The position numbers and the translations under genes were made by a program. From positions 6,014,001 to 6,078,000 of the forward strand of contig CM059433.1 in assembly GCA_030390025.1 (NCBI GenBank): a DNA stretch of 64,000 nt, written 5' to 3'. Every line of letters begins with the position of its first letter. Positions within the stretch are counted from its first letter, which is position 1. The notes under the pieces are model-generated. The model did no database searches, was not told the origin of the DNA, and was given only the letters and a program-made list of their open reading frames with translations. Shown in pieces: positions 13,245-25,624 of the stretch. The DNA comes from Squalus acanthias (taxonomy: Eukaryota).

Positions 13245-14009
13245 GGCCTAGAAATTCGGGTGGCCGGCTTGCCGCGGGGGTAAGGATCGCACGCGCTCTT
13301 ACCTACCGCGCCTGCCGTTGTGTTTCGGGCCCACAGGAACTTCGGGTCCTGGGCCTCTCCCTAGTGCCGGCGCGCAGTGCTTGCGTGTCCCAGGGGCGCA
13401 GTTAGTGCGATGCGATCCCTGGGATCACGTGGGCCATGGAGAGCCAATGGCAGCAGACCATCTTTCATTCATAGATTTGACAGGAGACCTGTCAAATCTG
13501 TGAATTGAAATCGGCCCCAAAAGAACAGCTAAACCTCAAATAAATTTTTTTTAAAAACCATCACATTAATAAAATAACTATAGTTAAATAAATTAACCAC
13601 TTTAAACAAAAATTTAAATTTTTGAAAAAATTTAAATTCTTTTTAAAAGTTATAAAAATAAACTTACCTTTCTTTAAAGTCTCTAAAAAAGATAAACCTG
13701 TTGAAAAAAATTTAAAATTATACTTAATTAACTACTTACCTTGTTCAAAAGGGGTCTTACGCCTCCTTTTTACTTGTGTAGAATCTTCCATACTTACCCT
13801 CGCGTTGAAACCTGAAAAAAAACCTAAGTGTGCTGCGTGCGCACAGACTGTAGTGCGCACGCGGTTCACCTAGGAACCGCCCCCTTCGCCATACCGGAAG
13901 TGCCGGTTTCCCGCGCATGCGCAGTGCATGCAGGAAACCGGCACTTCGGGAACCAATACGGGTGAGTACGCAGCGGGTACTCTCCCGCATTCGGCCGAAT
14001 TTTTGGGCC
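13245..14009. mobile_element. PIF/Harbinger-type MITE (765 bp), copy 1
   Basis: TIR GGCCTAGAAATTCGG/CCGAATTTTTGGGCC and TSD AAT. The empty site is visible in the paralogous segment at 1586-1597 (cataataactcg). Confidence 0.9.
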
Positions 14010-14530
14010 AATAACTCGCTGCATCAAAAAAATTCTCCTCATATCACCTCAGGTTCTTTTGCCAATTATCTTAAATTCTTCATAAAGTGTGGTGCCCAGA
14101 TTTGGAGCCAATACTCCAGTTGAGGCCTAACCAGTGATTTATAACGGTTTACATTGCATTACATAGAATTACATCACATGTACAGCACGGAAACAGGCCA
14201 TTCGGCCCAACAGGTCTATGCCGGTGTTTATGCTCCACACAAGCCTCCTCCCACCCTTCTTCATCAAACCCTTTCAGCATAACCTTCTATTCCTTTCTCC
14301 ATCCTGTGTTTATCCAGCTTCCCCTTAAATGCAGCTGTGCTATTCACCTCAACTACTTCTTGTGGTAGCGAGTTCCACATTCTAACCACTCTCGGGATAA
14401 ATAAGGTTCTCCTGCATTTACTATTGGAATTATTTATGACTATCTTATATTCATGGCCAGTTGTCTTTGTCTACTCCACAAGCGGAAACATCTTCTCTAC
14501 GTCTGTCCTATCAAACCTTTTCATAATCTT

Positions 14531-17290
14531 GCCCTGCCCAGACCGTCGCGGTGGCGGTGTGGCTCTTATCACCAAGTCACACCTTGGTCTGTCTCCCTGC
14601 TCATCTGGCACTTTCTCCTCCATTGAGCATCTCACCTTGTTCCACTCCTCTCAATTAAAATCCCCTTTCTCTACCGCCCACCCAAGTACCATAAAGATTT
14701 TCTCACCAAGATATCTTCACTGCTTTCCTCCCTCAGCCTTTGCACCGAGCGACTTCTCATCCTCGGTGATTCCAACCTCCATCTCAATTCATCATACTCT
14801 CTCTCCTCTGAGTTCACTGCCCTCCTATCTGCCCTTAATCTCTCCCTACTTTAAAACTCCCAACACTTATCCATGGCCATCCCCTTGACCTTGCCATCTC
14901 ACATGGCCTTGGTTCTCCCATCATGTCAATCACAGATAAGGCCATCTCTGATCGCTTCCTTGTATCGCTCTCCAGCCACATCCCCCTTCCCCCTCCCAAA
15001 CCTACTTCTGTCTGTGTCCGCCACTGGAAAAAACTCTCTCACAATTCACTTACAACTGCACTTTCAAACTCCCAACTGTCTAGCCTTTAGTCCTCCATTC
15101 ATCACAGCATTTCTGCAGCTACCGATCTGCTCAACCACACCCCTACCTCCAGCTTTCATGTCCCAGTCCCCATTAAAACCATTACTCTCTCTCACCCTGG
15201 CCATTCCCCCTGGTATGGCCCTCGTCTCCACTCCCTTAAGTCCAAGGGACGCAGACTTGAACGGATATGGCAGACAACTGGTTTAGCCATTCACCGCCAG
15301 ATCTGGCTGGATCACATAAAGCACTATCGGGCCCTGCTCTCGTCTGCCAAAATTGCTAACTATTCCAGGATCATTCTGGAATGCAAAGATAACCCCTGGC
15401 TTCTTTTCTCTACTGCAAACCATCTTCTTAAACCCCTCTCCCCTATCTCTTCCACCCTCACCTCTAACAACAAGTGCGAGGAGCTCATTGACTTCTTTAT
15501 CATTAAGATTGACACCACCAATCAGCTGCCTCTGCCACTGCCCTCCCTTCCCCTAGCCCACCGTGGCAAACTTCCTCTAAGATTCCCCTCTGCCCTAGCC
15601 CTGAATTCGCATCAGTTTCTCTCCGACCTCTCCTCACGCCCTCTCTGAGCTCATCCTGAGACCCACTTCCTGCTCCCTCAACCCTATTCCCACTAAACTG
15701 CTGACCACCCAACTTCCCTTCCTGGCTCCCATGTTAGCGGATATTGTTAACAGTTCTCTCACCTCAGGTATTGTCCTCCTCTCGTTCAAATCAGCCGTCA
15801 TTACCCCTCTCCTCAAAAAACCAACCTTGACCCCTCTGTCCTTGCAAATGACCGCCCATCTCCAACCTCCCTTTCCTCTCCAAAGTCCTTGAACGTACAG
15901 TCACCTCCCAAATCCGTGCCCATCTTTCCCGGAACTCCATGTTTGAATCCCTCCAATCATGTTTCCCCCCCTGCCACAGTACCGAAACAGCTCTTATCAA
16001 AGTCATAAATGACATCCTATGTGACTGTGACAAAGGTAAATGATTCCTCCTCGTCCTTCTCGACCTGTCTGCAGCATTTGACACGATTGACCAGACCATC
16101 CTCCTCCAACGCCTCTCCACCGTTGTCCAGCTGGGCGGGACTGCACTCGCCTGGTTCCATTCTTATCTACATAATCGTAGCCAGAGAATCACCTGCAATG
16201 GTTTCTCTTCCGGCTCCCACACCGTTACCTCTGGTGTCTCCCAAGGATCTATCCTTGGCTTCCTCCTTTTATCCCATCTATATGCTGTCCCTCGGTGACA
16301 TCATCGGAAAACACAACGTCAGTTTCAACATGTACGCTAACGACACCCAGCTCTACCTCACCACCACCTCTCTTGACCCCTCCATGTCTCCAAATTTTCA
16401 GCCTGCTTATCCGACATCCAGTGCTGGATGAGCAGAAATTTCCTCCAACCAAATATTGGGAAGACCGAAGCCATTGTCTTCGGTCTCCGCGACAACCTCT
16501 ATTCCATAGTCACCGACTCCATCCCTCTCCCTGGCAACTGTCTGAGGCTGAACCAGACTGTTTGCAACCTAGGTGTCACATTTGACCCGAAATGACCATC
16601 TGACCACATATCCACGCCTTCACTAAGACCGCCTATTTCCACCTCCGGAACATCACCCGACTCCACCCTTACCTCAGCTCATCTGCTGCTGAAACCCTCA
16701 TCCATGCCTTTGCTACCTCTAGATGTGACTATTCCAATGCACTCCTGGCCGGCCTCCCAGGTTCTACCCTCCGTAAACTTGAGGTCATCCAAAACTCTGC
16801 TGCCCGTGTCCTAACTTGCACCAAGTCCCGTTCACCCAGCACCCCTGTGCACGCTGACCTACATTGGCTCCTGGTTAAGCAATGCCTCAATTTTAAAGTT
16901 CTGATCCTTGTTTTCAAATCTCTTCATGGCCTCGCCCCTCCCTCTCTCTGTAATCTCCTCCAGCCCCACAATACCCCAGGTTATCTGCGCTCCTCTAATT
17001 CTGGCATCTTAAGCATCCCTGATTTTAATCGCTGCACCATTCTGAGCTGTGCCTTCAGCTGTCAAGGCCCTAAGTTCTGCAATTCCCTCCCTAAACCTCT
17101 CCGCCTCTCTAACCTCTCTTATTCCTTCTTTAAGACCTCCTTAAAACCTACCTCTGACCAAGGATTTGGTCATCTGCTCTAATATCTCCTTATGTGGCTC
17201 GGTGTCGAATTTTGTTTTGTACACTCCTGTGAAGTGCCTTGGGACGTTTTACTACTTTAAAGGCACTATGTAAATAGAAGTTGTTGTTGT
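14531..17290 (+). mobile_element. L2 LINE, degenerate (endonuclease to RT to 3' tail)
   Basis: RRGGGVAL, YANDTQLY and LHWL...FKVLILVFKSLHGLAP peptides. Tail ends in (gtt)n. Confidence 0.9.
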
Positions 17291-17291
17291 A

Positions 17292-19480
17292 AAGACCTCT
17301 ATCAGGTCACCCCTTAGCCTTCTCTTTTCTAGAGAAAAGAGCCCCAGCCTGTTCAATCTTTCTTCATAGGTATAACCTCTCAGTTCTGGTATCATCCTTG
17401 TAAATCTTTTTTTATGACTTCTCCAGTGCCTCGATATCCTTTTCATAATGTGGATACCAGGACTGTGATCAGTGCTCCAAGAGTGGTCTAAACAGGGTTC
17501 TCTTCAAGTTTAACATAACTTCTTTGCTTTTCAATTCTATCCCTCTAAAAATGAACCCCAGTGCTTTGCTTGCCCTCTATATGGCCTTATTAACCTGCGT
17601 CGCTACTTTTAGTGATTTGTGTATCCGTGCCCCTCGATCCCTTTGCTCCTTTACCCCATTTAGACTCTTATTTTCCAAGGAATATGCGGCCTCCTTATTC
17701 TTCTTACCAAAATGCACCACCTCACATTTATCTACATTGAAATTGATTTGCCAATTACATACCCAGTCTGGAAGTTTATAAATGTTCTTGTATTTTGTCA
17801 CGGGCCCCTCAGTATTAACAATATCTCCCAATTTGGTGTCGCCCGCAAATATTGAAAAAAATTCCTGAATCCAAATTGTTTATACAAATGATAAATAATA
17901 GTGGTCCCTGCACCGAACCTTGTGGAACACCACTTCCCACCATTTGTCAAACAAGTTACTAAACTTAACCCCTACTTTCTGTTTTCTGTATTATAGCCAG
18001 CTTGTTATCCATTCTGCTACTTAGGAACATAGGAACATAGAAACAGGATTAGACCATTTAGCCCCTCCAGCCTGTTCCACCATTCAATGAGATCATGGCT
18101 GATTTGTGACCGAACTCCACATACCCGTCTTTGCCCCATTTCCCCAATACCTTTGGTTAACAAAAATCGATCAATCTCAGATTTAAAATTAACAATTGAT
18201 CTCGCATCAATTGCTGTTTGCGGAAGAGAGTTCCAAACTTCTACCAACCTTTATGTGTAGAAGTGTTTTCTAATTTCACTCCTGAAAGGTCTGGCTCTAA
18301 TTTTTAGACTATGCCCCCTAGTCCTAGATTCATCAACCAGCGGAAATAGTTTCTATTTACCCTATCCGTTCCCCTTAATAGCTTGAAAACTTCGATCAAT
18401 TCACCCCTTAACCTTCTAAATTCCAGGGAACCCTAGTTTGTGTAATCTCTCCTCGTAATTTAACACTTGGAGTCTGGGTATCATTCTGGTAAACCTACGC
18501 TGCTCTCCCTCCAAGGCCAATATATCCTTCCTAAGGTGTGGTGCCCAGAACTGCTCACAGTGCTCCAGGTGTGGTCTAACCAGAGCTTTGTGTAGCTGAA
18601 GCATGACTTCTACCCCCTTGTATTCTAGTCCTTTAGATATAAAGGCCAGCATTCTATTAGCCTTTTTGATTATTTTCTGTACCTGTTGATGACATTTTAA
18701 TGATCGATTTACTTGGACCCACAAGCCTCTTTGGACCTCCACCATTTTTAGTTTTTCTCCATTTAGAAAGTATCCTGTTCCATCCTTTTTGGTCCAAAGT
18801 GGATGACTTCACATTTGCCTAAGTTGAAATCCATTTGCCACAGTTTTGCCCATTCGCTTTTTGCACCTGTCCACGAGCTTTTAATGATTTGTGTACTTGG
18901 ATTCCCAAATCTCTTTGCTCCTCTACAGTTCCTAGTTTCACACCTTTTAGAAATAACTCCGATTTATCTTTCTTAGGTCCAGAGTGGATGACCTCTCACC
19001 TGCCCAGACTGAACGCCATTTGCCATAGTTTTACTAACTCACTTCATCTGTCTATGACCCTTTGAAACTTCCTGCTCCCATCCCCACAACCTAGTGTCAT
19101 CTGTAAACTTGGATAGACAACTCTCTGTCCTTCATCCCAGTCACTGATAAATATGGGAATTCCGGGAGTTCTCATTTTTGCCAATAATCTTTTGTGTGGA
19201 ACCTTATCAAATGGCTTCTGGAAGACCATATAGACAACACCCATAGACACTCCTTCGTCTACCTTATTAGTGACCCCCTCAAAATATTCAACTAGATTAA
19301 TCAGATATGACAATCTTAACAGAGCCATGCTGGCTCTCTCCGATCAGTTCATGTTTGTTTCAGTGCTCAGTCACTCTATCCCTAATGACAGATTCTAGTC
19401 GCTTCCCCACAACTGATGTTAAACTAACAGGCCTGTAGTTACCTGGTTTCTCTCTCCCACCCTTCCTAAATAATGGAGTG
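17292..19480 (-). mobile_element. Nested CR1 fragments
   Basis: Several CR1 ORF2 peptides (RPHLEHCEQFW, FDKVPH, NYRPVSLTS) and an internal 3' tail near 18020. Confidence 0.85.
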
Positions 19481-19514
19481 AACTCTGATGCTCTTTTCCC
19501 ATTTACTAAATTAA

Positions 19515-19686
19515 GGCCTAGAAATTGGTCTCGGGCGGTGGTGCAGAACGGGCGGTATCGGACCGGCCGCCCGTTATATTCAGTTCTATTGCAGTCAGTG
19601 GAACTGAATATCAGGCGCTGTGTATAACGGGCGGCCGATCCCATACCGCCCGTTTTGCGCCACCGCCCGGGACAAATTTCTAGGCC
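19515..19686. mobile_element. Short foldback MITE (172 bp)
   Basis: GGCCTAGAAATT...AATTTCTAGGCC termini with arms pairing over about 65 bp. It shares its terminal motif with the 13245 MITE. Confidence 0.8.
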
Positions 19687-19764
19687 AATGAATCTCAGAC
19701 CGACTGTTGTGCCACTGCTGCCACCTGGTGGAGATCAGATGACTTGGCTCAGACTGGTGATTAG

Positions 19765-20175
19765 AAACATAGAAGCATAGAAGATAGGAGCAGGAGTCGG
19801 CCATTCGGCCCCTCGAGCCTGCTCCGCCATTTAATGAGATCATGGCTGATCATCCAAATTCAGTACCCTCTCCCTGCTTTCTCCCCATATCCCTTGATCC
19901 CTTTAGCCTTAAGAAATATATCTAACTCCTTCTTGAATATATTTAATGAATTGGCCTCAACTGCCTTCTGTGGTAGAGAATTCCACAGGTTCACCACTCT
20001 CTGGGTGAAGAAATTCCTCCTCATCTCAGTCCTAAATGGCTTACCCCTTATCCTTAGACTGTGACCCCTGGTTCTGGACTCCCCCGCCATCAGGAACATC
20101 CTTCCTGCATCTAGTCTGTCTAGTCCTGTTAGAATTTTATAAGTTTCAATGAGATCCCCTCTCATTCTTCTAAAC
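19765..20175 (-). mobile_element. Young CR1 3' end
   Basis: MRGDLIETYKIL...LWNSLPQKAVEA. Nearly identical to about 61930-62325(+). Confidence 0.9.
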
Positions 20176-20461
20176 TTGATTGAACCTCAGTGCTTGCTGG
20201 TCTTTACGTGGTCGATATTAACGTAAAGGTGGGATTTGAGCGGGAGGGGCGATAGCGGACACGAAACGTTTGGGAATTCTCCGAGTTCCATAGGGAAATC
20301 TCATTATCATTTTATTTCCGGGCGTTGCGTTTCCAATGCGCGTGAGCGGGCGTGATGCACACCCGCAGGATGCGATTTCACCTCGACTATTTAAAGGGCT
20401 AATGAAAAGATGGAATTTGGAGGAGTTGGGAGCATTGCAGGAGAAAGTGAAATATTTACAG

Positions 20462-21188
20462 ATGGAGTCAGGAAGGGCAAAGGCTGCGCCCCGGATCAAT
20501 GAGGCGTCACTTGATGTACTGCTGGGTGCAGTAAGGGCGAGGAAGGAGGTCCTGTTCCCCAGCAATGGCAAGAACGGCTGCTGTGATGAGGAAGGTGTGG
20601 CTGGAGGTGGCTGAGGAGGTCAGCAGCAGGAGTAGAGAGCTCCGTACCTGGATCGAGTGCAGGAAGCAGCTTAATGACCCAACCAGGTCAGGAAAGGTGA
20701 GCACAGTTGCAGATTCACCTACATTCTGCAGTGCACCCCCACCCCCTCACTCTGTCTCATCACATTACTCCTCACAGACACTTCAGTTTCAGCAGCACTC
20801 ATCGTTCCCTTTCTTTGCAGTTCCTCACCTCCCTCTTTCTCCAGCCACCACTGCCACAGAGCCCAATCCTTAAATAATGTGATCCACCTCAGTCAGCTCA
20901 CCCGATTCTCAGCGCATGTCCTCCAATGCTGCCAGTGCCACTCATGATGCATCTGCCTGATAGTCACCCGCACCAAATTCACTGCATTCAGCAGATGCAC
21001 ACAGGCCTTACACACACTCATAGGTCTGTCAATCGCCCTTGCAGGAGAAGAGAGGGCAAAATAAAAGGGAGAGGAAGAGGGCCAGAGTTGGTCCACAACA
21101 GATTGTAGTTTGACATCTGCAGAGCAGGAGGTCAGGGAGATAATTGGGATATCGGCATCGCTGAGCATTGGAGATGGTGAGACTCAGA
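20462..21188 (+). pseudogene. Harbinger-associated Myb/SANT-like (MSANTD/NAIF1-type) gene relic, exons 20462-20696 and 21045-~21188
   Basis: MESGRAKAAPRINEASLDVLL...W.EVAEEVS...RTWIECRKQLND..RSGK|GTGAG. Second exon begins EKRGQNKRERKR. Frameshifts are present. Confidence 0.8.
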
Positions 21189-22495
21189 CTGTACCCCAGT
21201 GAGAGTCAGTGTCTGTGGAACTGTACCCCAGTGAGAGTCAGTGTCTGTGGAACTGTACCCCAGTGAGAGTCAGTGTCTGTGGAACTGTACCCCAGTGAGA
21301 GTCAGTGTCTGTGGAACTGTACCCCAGTGAGAGTCAGTGTCTGTGGAACTGTACCCCAGTGAGAGTCAGTGCCAGGGGAACTGTACCCCAGTGAGAGTCA
21401 GTGTCTGTGGAACTGTACCCCAGTGAGAGTCAGTGCCAGGGGAACTGTACCCCAGTGAGAGTCAGTGCCAGGGGAACTGTACCCCAGTGAGAGTCAGTGT
21501 CTGGGGAACTGTACCCCAGTGAGAGTCAGTGTCTGTGGAACTGTACCCCAGTGAGAGTCAGTGCCAGGGGAACTGTACCCCAGTGAGAGTCAGTGTCTGT
21601 GGAACTGTACCTCAGTGAGAGTCAGTGTCTGTGGAACTGTACCCCAGTGAGAGTCAGTGTCTGTGGAAATGTACCCCAGTGAGAGTCAGTGTCTGTGGAA
21701 CTGTACCCCAGTGAGAGTCAGTGCCGGGGAACTGTACCCCAGTGAGAGTCAGTGTCTGTGGAACCTGTACCCCAGTGAGAGTCAGTGCCGGGGAACTGTA
21801 CCCCAGTGAGAGTCAGTGTCTGTGGAACTCTACCCCAGTGAGAGTCAGTGTCTGTGGAACTGTACCCCAGTGAGAGTCAGTGCCAGGGGAACTGTACCCC
21901 AGTGAGAGTCAGTGCCAGAGGAACTGTACCCCAGTGAGAGTCAGTGCCAGAGGAACTGTACCCCAGTGAGAGTCAGTGTCTGTGGAACTGTACCCCAGTG
22001 AGAGTCAGTGTCTGTGGAACTGTACCCCAGTGAGAGTCAGTGTCTGTGGAACTGTACCCCAGTGAGAGTCAGTGCCGGGGAACTGTACCCCAGTGAGAGT
22101 CAGTGTCTGTGAAACTGTACCCCAGTGAGAGTCAGTGTCTGGGGAACTGTACCCCAGTGAGAGTCAGTGCCAGGGGAACTGTACCCCAGTGAGAGTCAGT
22201 GCCGGGGAACTGTACCCCAGTGAGAGTCAGTGTCTGTGGAACTGTACCCCAGTGAGAGTCAGGGTCTGTGGAACTGTACCCCAGTGAGAGTCAGTGTCTG
22301 TGGAACTGTACCCCAGTGAGAGTCAGTGCCGGGGGAACTGTACCCCAGTGAGAGTCAGTGCCGGGGAACTGTACCCCAGTGAGAGTCAGTGTCTGTGGAA
22401 CTGTACCCCAGTGAGAGTCAGGGTCTGTGGAACTGTACCCCAGTGAGAGTCAGTGTCTGTGGAACTGTACCCCAGTGAGAGTCAGTGCCAGGGAA
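21189..22495 (+). repeat. 32-bp minisatellite, about 41 copies
   Basis: Unit CTGTACCCCAGTGAGAGTCAGTG[TCTGTGG/CCAGGGG]AA. Confidence 0.97.
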
Positions 22496-23224
22496 TCCAT
22501 TGCCCAATGAGAGGCTGTCAGTATACACGCTGTCCCTTTAAGAGGGGTGTTGCTGACCTTTCTGACGTTTGGTCCAAAACGTTCATGTTGTTTGTCAGGA
22601 GCTAAAACTCACTGATTCAGATTCTTTCTTCCTTCCTGTAGATTGAGTCGGTCTGTTTAAATTTCAGGTGGAAGGCCAGCCCCAGGATCCCCTCTGGTCT
22701 CCGAGCCCCGGGGAGGTCAGCACCGCCCTGGTGAGGTGCAGGAACGGTGTGTCGATTCACAAGCCATTGGGCAGCGAGACCCACACCAGCCTCACCTACT
22801 CGGTGATGAAGTAGTGGTCTGTCCCGTGGTTGGAGTGCAGCTTGGCCACTGCGTTCCGACTTACTGCAGGCAAAGCTGGAGGCAGTCGGAGAAATGTAAG
22901 TGCACAGGTGTGAAGCGTGAATGTGAAGTCGTTTTCTCCTGGGTCACTAGCAGCAGCTCCCGGGAGATCAATCTTCCATTCCCGTAGACTCCCAAACAGG
23001 GAGGGTTGGCAACCCTAAGTGCGTGAGCTGGAATCATTGCAAAATGGCTGCCCCGGGTGTTCAGACTTCCCGGGAACCGACTCTCAGAGACTTAATAATT
23101 TCTAAATCCATCACAAGGTTGGAACAAAGTAACATTTCCATAATCAATCAGCTGCGGTATTTCTTCAACACGTAACGTTACTGCCTGCAGCTAAACTGTA
23201 TTCAAAACCTTCTTCATTAAACTG

Positions 23225-23231
23225 TATAAAA
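23225..23231 (+). promoter_or_regulatory. TATA box of the SOUL/HEBP2-like gene
   Basis: TATAAAA about 95 nt upstream of the ATG, in unique non-repeat sequence. Confidence 0.6.
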
Positions 23232-23320
23232 AGATCAGAACTCGCTGCTCAAACACCAGATCCACCTGAAGGTGCTGAGATCATTCAGTGCGTTCAACAG
23301 TGATCGGAGTGGACACCAAG

Positions 23321-23452
23321 ATGCTGCGACTCTGCTTAACTGTGTCTGTCCTCTTCTGGCATCAAATCGCTGGAGAGAACGCATTCCAAGAGGAGATCGA
23401 TTTCTGTGAACACAATGGCTGCCAGGAGACCTTAGAAACCATTCAGTACAAG
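23321..23452 (+). CDS. HEBP2-like: SOUL/HEBP2-family heme-binding-like protein, coding exon 1 (signal-peptide-like N-terminus)
   Basis: ATG at 23321 in the context accaagATG. 132 nt encode MLRLCLTVSVLFWHQIAGENAFQEEIDFCEHNGCQETLETIQYK. Strong donor AAG|GTAAGT, phase 0. TATAAAA lies about 95 nt upstream. Confidence 0.85.
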
Positions 23453-23499
23453 GTAAGTACAGATAGGAGTTTACTGCATGCTGTCATGTTTGTACCAGT

Positions 23500-24670
23500 G
23501 GAAATTATTTATGGCTCGGTTTCGGGTCCATAACCAGCGGTGCGCCGATAGCGCGCATCCCAACCGAGAAGCCTGAGGCCGGCTGGAAATTTGTCCTCGA
23601 GCCTGATTAACGTTTTATGTGTTAGCTGTCATCGCCTGTTGTGCCTCCACGGGCAGCTTGTGCATTTTACTGAGAAGAATATCGGGCCGCTTGCCTCTCC
23701 AGCAGCGGCCCAAAGCTAAACCCCGGCAGGGGGTGTTGGTGCGGCAACAGAGAGGCAGGGCTGGGGGGACCGCGAGGTCTGTGCAGTCGGGGAGCACTCC
23801 TGCTTCTCCTGGCTCCACTCAATCCAAGACAATTTCTGAAAAGCAGCTGAAAACAGGCATGAGGTCCGTCATGGAAGCTCAGACTGCTCTCAGGCAGGCT
23901 CAGCTTGCTGCCATCGTGGTTGTGTTTACCAGTGTTGAAAGGGGCTTGCAGGGTGTCACAGCAGTCTAGAAATCTGAGGCGCCGTCCCGGGGAGTGACAG
24001 TGGCTCCGTAGAGCATGAACCTGATGTCCTCTCTCAGGATGACAGCATTCATCCTCCCACCACTACCACTCCGCCAGTGCCCTTGTTGTTGCCTGTCAGC
24101 CAGCCAGCCCAGACTGCTGCCACCCATGCCAAGGTGGTGCAGTCTGAAGCCGGGACTTCTAGGTCCAGAGCTGCTTGAGGTCATCCTGCAAGGCCATCTG
24201 CAGTCTCTGCTCCATCTCCCTGTCATGCTGCAGCACAAGGAGGACTGCAACTGAAGTCCCCATGACTGGGAGCAAGTGGTGCACTCAGAGGCCTTCCAGT
24301 AGCAACCAACACCTTCCCAACGTCCAGCAGCACTCCCTGCACACTTTTACAACTTATGAAGTTCTTACAGCAACCCAGTACTCCGAGAAACTCTGCAAGA
24401 GCCAGTCCAAAAGCAATAAGCAACTTACCTGTAAGTTGTATGTATCCCTTTAAGTAGCGCTGGTGGGGGTCCCTCGTGCAGCTTAACGCACATTCAGCTG
24501 TGCGTGTTTAGGAGAGGGCATTGAATGGTGCGGCGACGTCGAAAATTGCAGGTTGTGCGTTTAATCAGTGTTACTCGCTGTCTGACATCACGATCTGCCT
24601 ACTCTGCATACTGCCGGCGAATGCACGTACTGCCCACGCTATCGCCCACACTAGTAGGCGAACAGCACGG
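23500..24670. mobile_element. Probable Harbinger-derived remnant in intron 1
   Basis: CpG-rich ends and a subterminal TATCCCTTTAAGTAG motif shared with ~27867. Degenerate coiled-coil-like ORF fragments. Confidence 0.45.
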
Positions 24671-24822
24671 GGAAGCTTATTTCTTTAACTGCCTTTGAAG
24701 GATCGATGCAAAAGGTACACGAGATAAAGGAGGGATGGTTTAAATTTGGGCTGGTGGAAGTTACTGTAGAGAGGCTGATTGTGATGCACTTTATGAATGG
24801 GGAAGGTAGATAAGTAGATAAA

Positions 24823-25447
24823 AACATAAGAAATAGGAGCAGGAGTAGAACATTTGGCCCTTCGAGCCTGCTCCGCCATTCAATAAGATTATGGTTGATT
24901 TTCTACCTCTTCTCCACTTTCCAGCACTATCCTCATATCCCTTGATTCCCTTAATATTCAAAAATCTATCGATCTCTATCTTGAATATACTCAACGACTG
25001 AGCCTCCACAGCCCTCTGGGGTAGAGAATTCCAAAGATTCACAACCCTCTGAGTGAAGAAATTTCTCCTCATCTCAGTCCTAAATGGCCGGCCCCTTATT
25101 CTGAGACTGTGACCCCCTGGTTCTAGACTCCCCAGCCAGGGGAAACATCCTCCCAGCATCTACCCTGTCAAGCCCTGTCAGAATCTTGTATGTTTCAATG
25201 AGATCACCTCTCATTCTTCTAAACTCCAGAGAATATAGGCCTAGTCTACTCAATCTCTCCTCATAGGACAATCCCCCCATCCCAGGAACCAGTCTGGTGA
25301 ACCTTCGTTGCACTCCTTCTATGGCAAGTATATCCTTCCTTAGGTAAGGAGACCAAAACTGTACACAATACTCCAGGTGTGGTCTCACCAGGGTCCTATA
25401 TAACTGAAGTAAGATGTCTTTAATCTTATACTCAAATCCTCTTGTAA
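24823..25447 (-). mobile_element. CR1 3' fragment in intron 1
   Basis: RPHLEYCVQFWSPYLRKD peptide and tail. Confidence 0.9.
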
Positions 25448-25494
25448 CTGTACAGTTGTGCCATGTGGTAATATCTTTTCTCTTTTTACCTTAG

Positions 25495-25624
25495 AATTAC
25501 GAAGAGATGGAATTTTCATCTTTGAAATGGATTGAAACAGAGGTTCATGGAACGGATATGGAGAGTGTAGTAACGACTGGCCTGGACAGACTTTTCAAAT
25601 ATTCACGTTTTTCGAATGCTGCAG
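25495..25624 (+). CDS. HEBP2-like: SOUL/HEBP2-like coding exon 2
   Basis: Polypyrimidine tract plus TTAG acceptor. Encodes NYEEMEFSSLKWIETEVHGTDMESVVTTGLDRLFKYSRFSNAA, matching the SOUL pattern YE..Y...KW..T.V........GF.RL..YI.G.N. Donor CAG|GT, phase 1. Confidence 0.9.

Noticed and set aside
21189..22495. CRISPR-like array
   Set aside because: Head-to-tail repeats with only a few recurring short variants. There are no unique spacers and no cas genes, and the context is eukaryotic.
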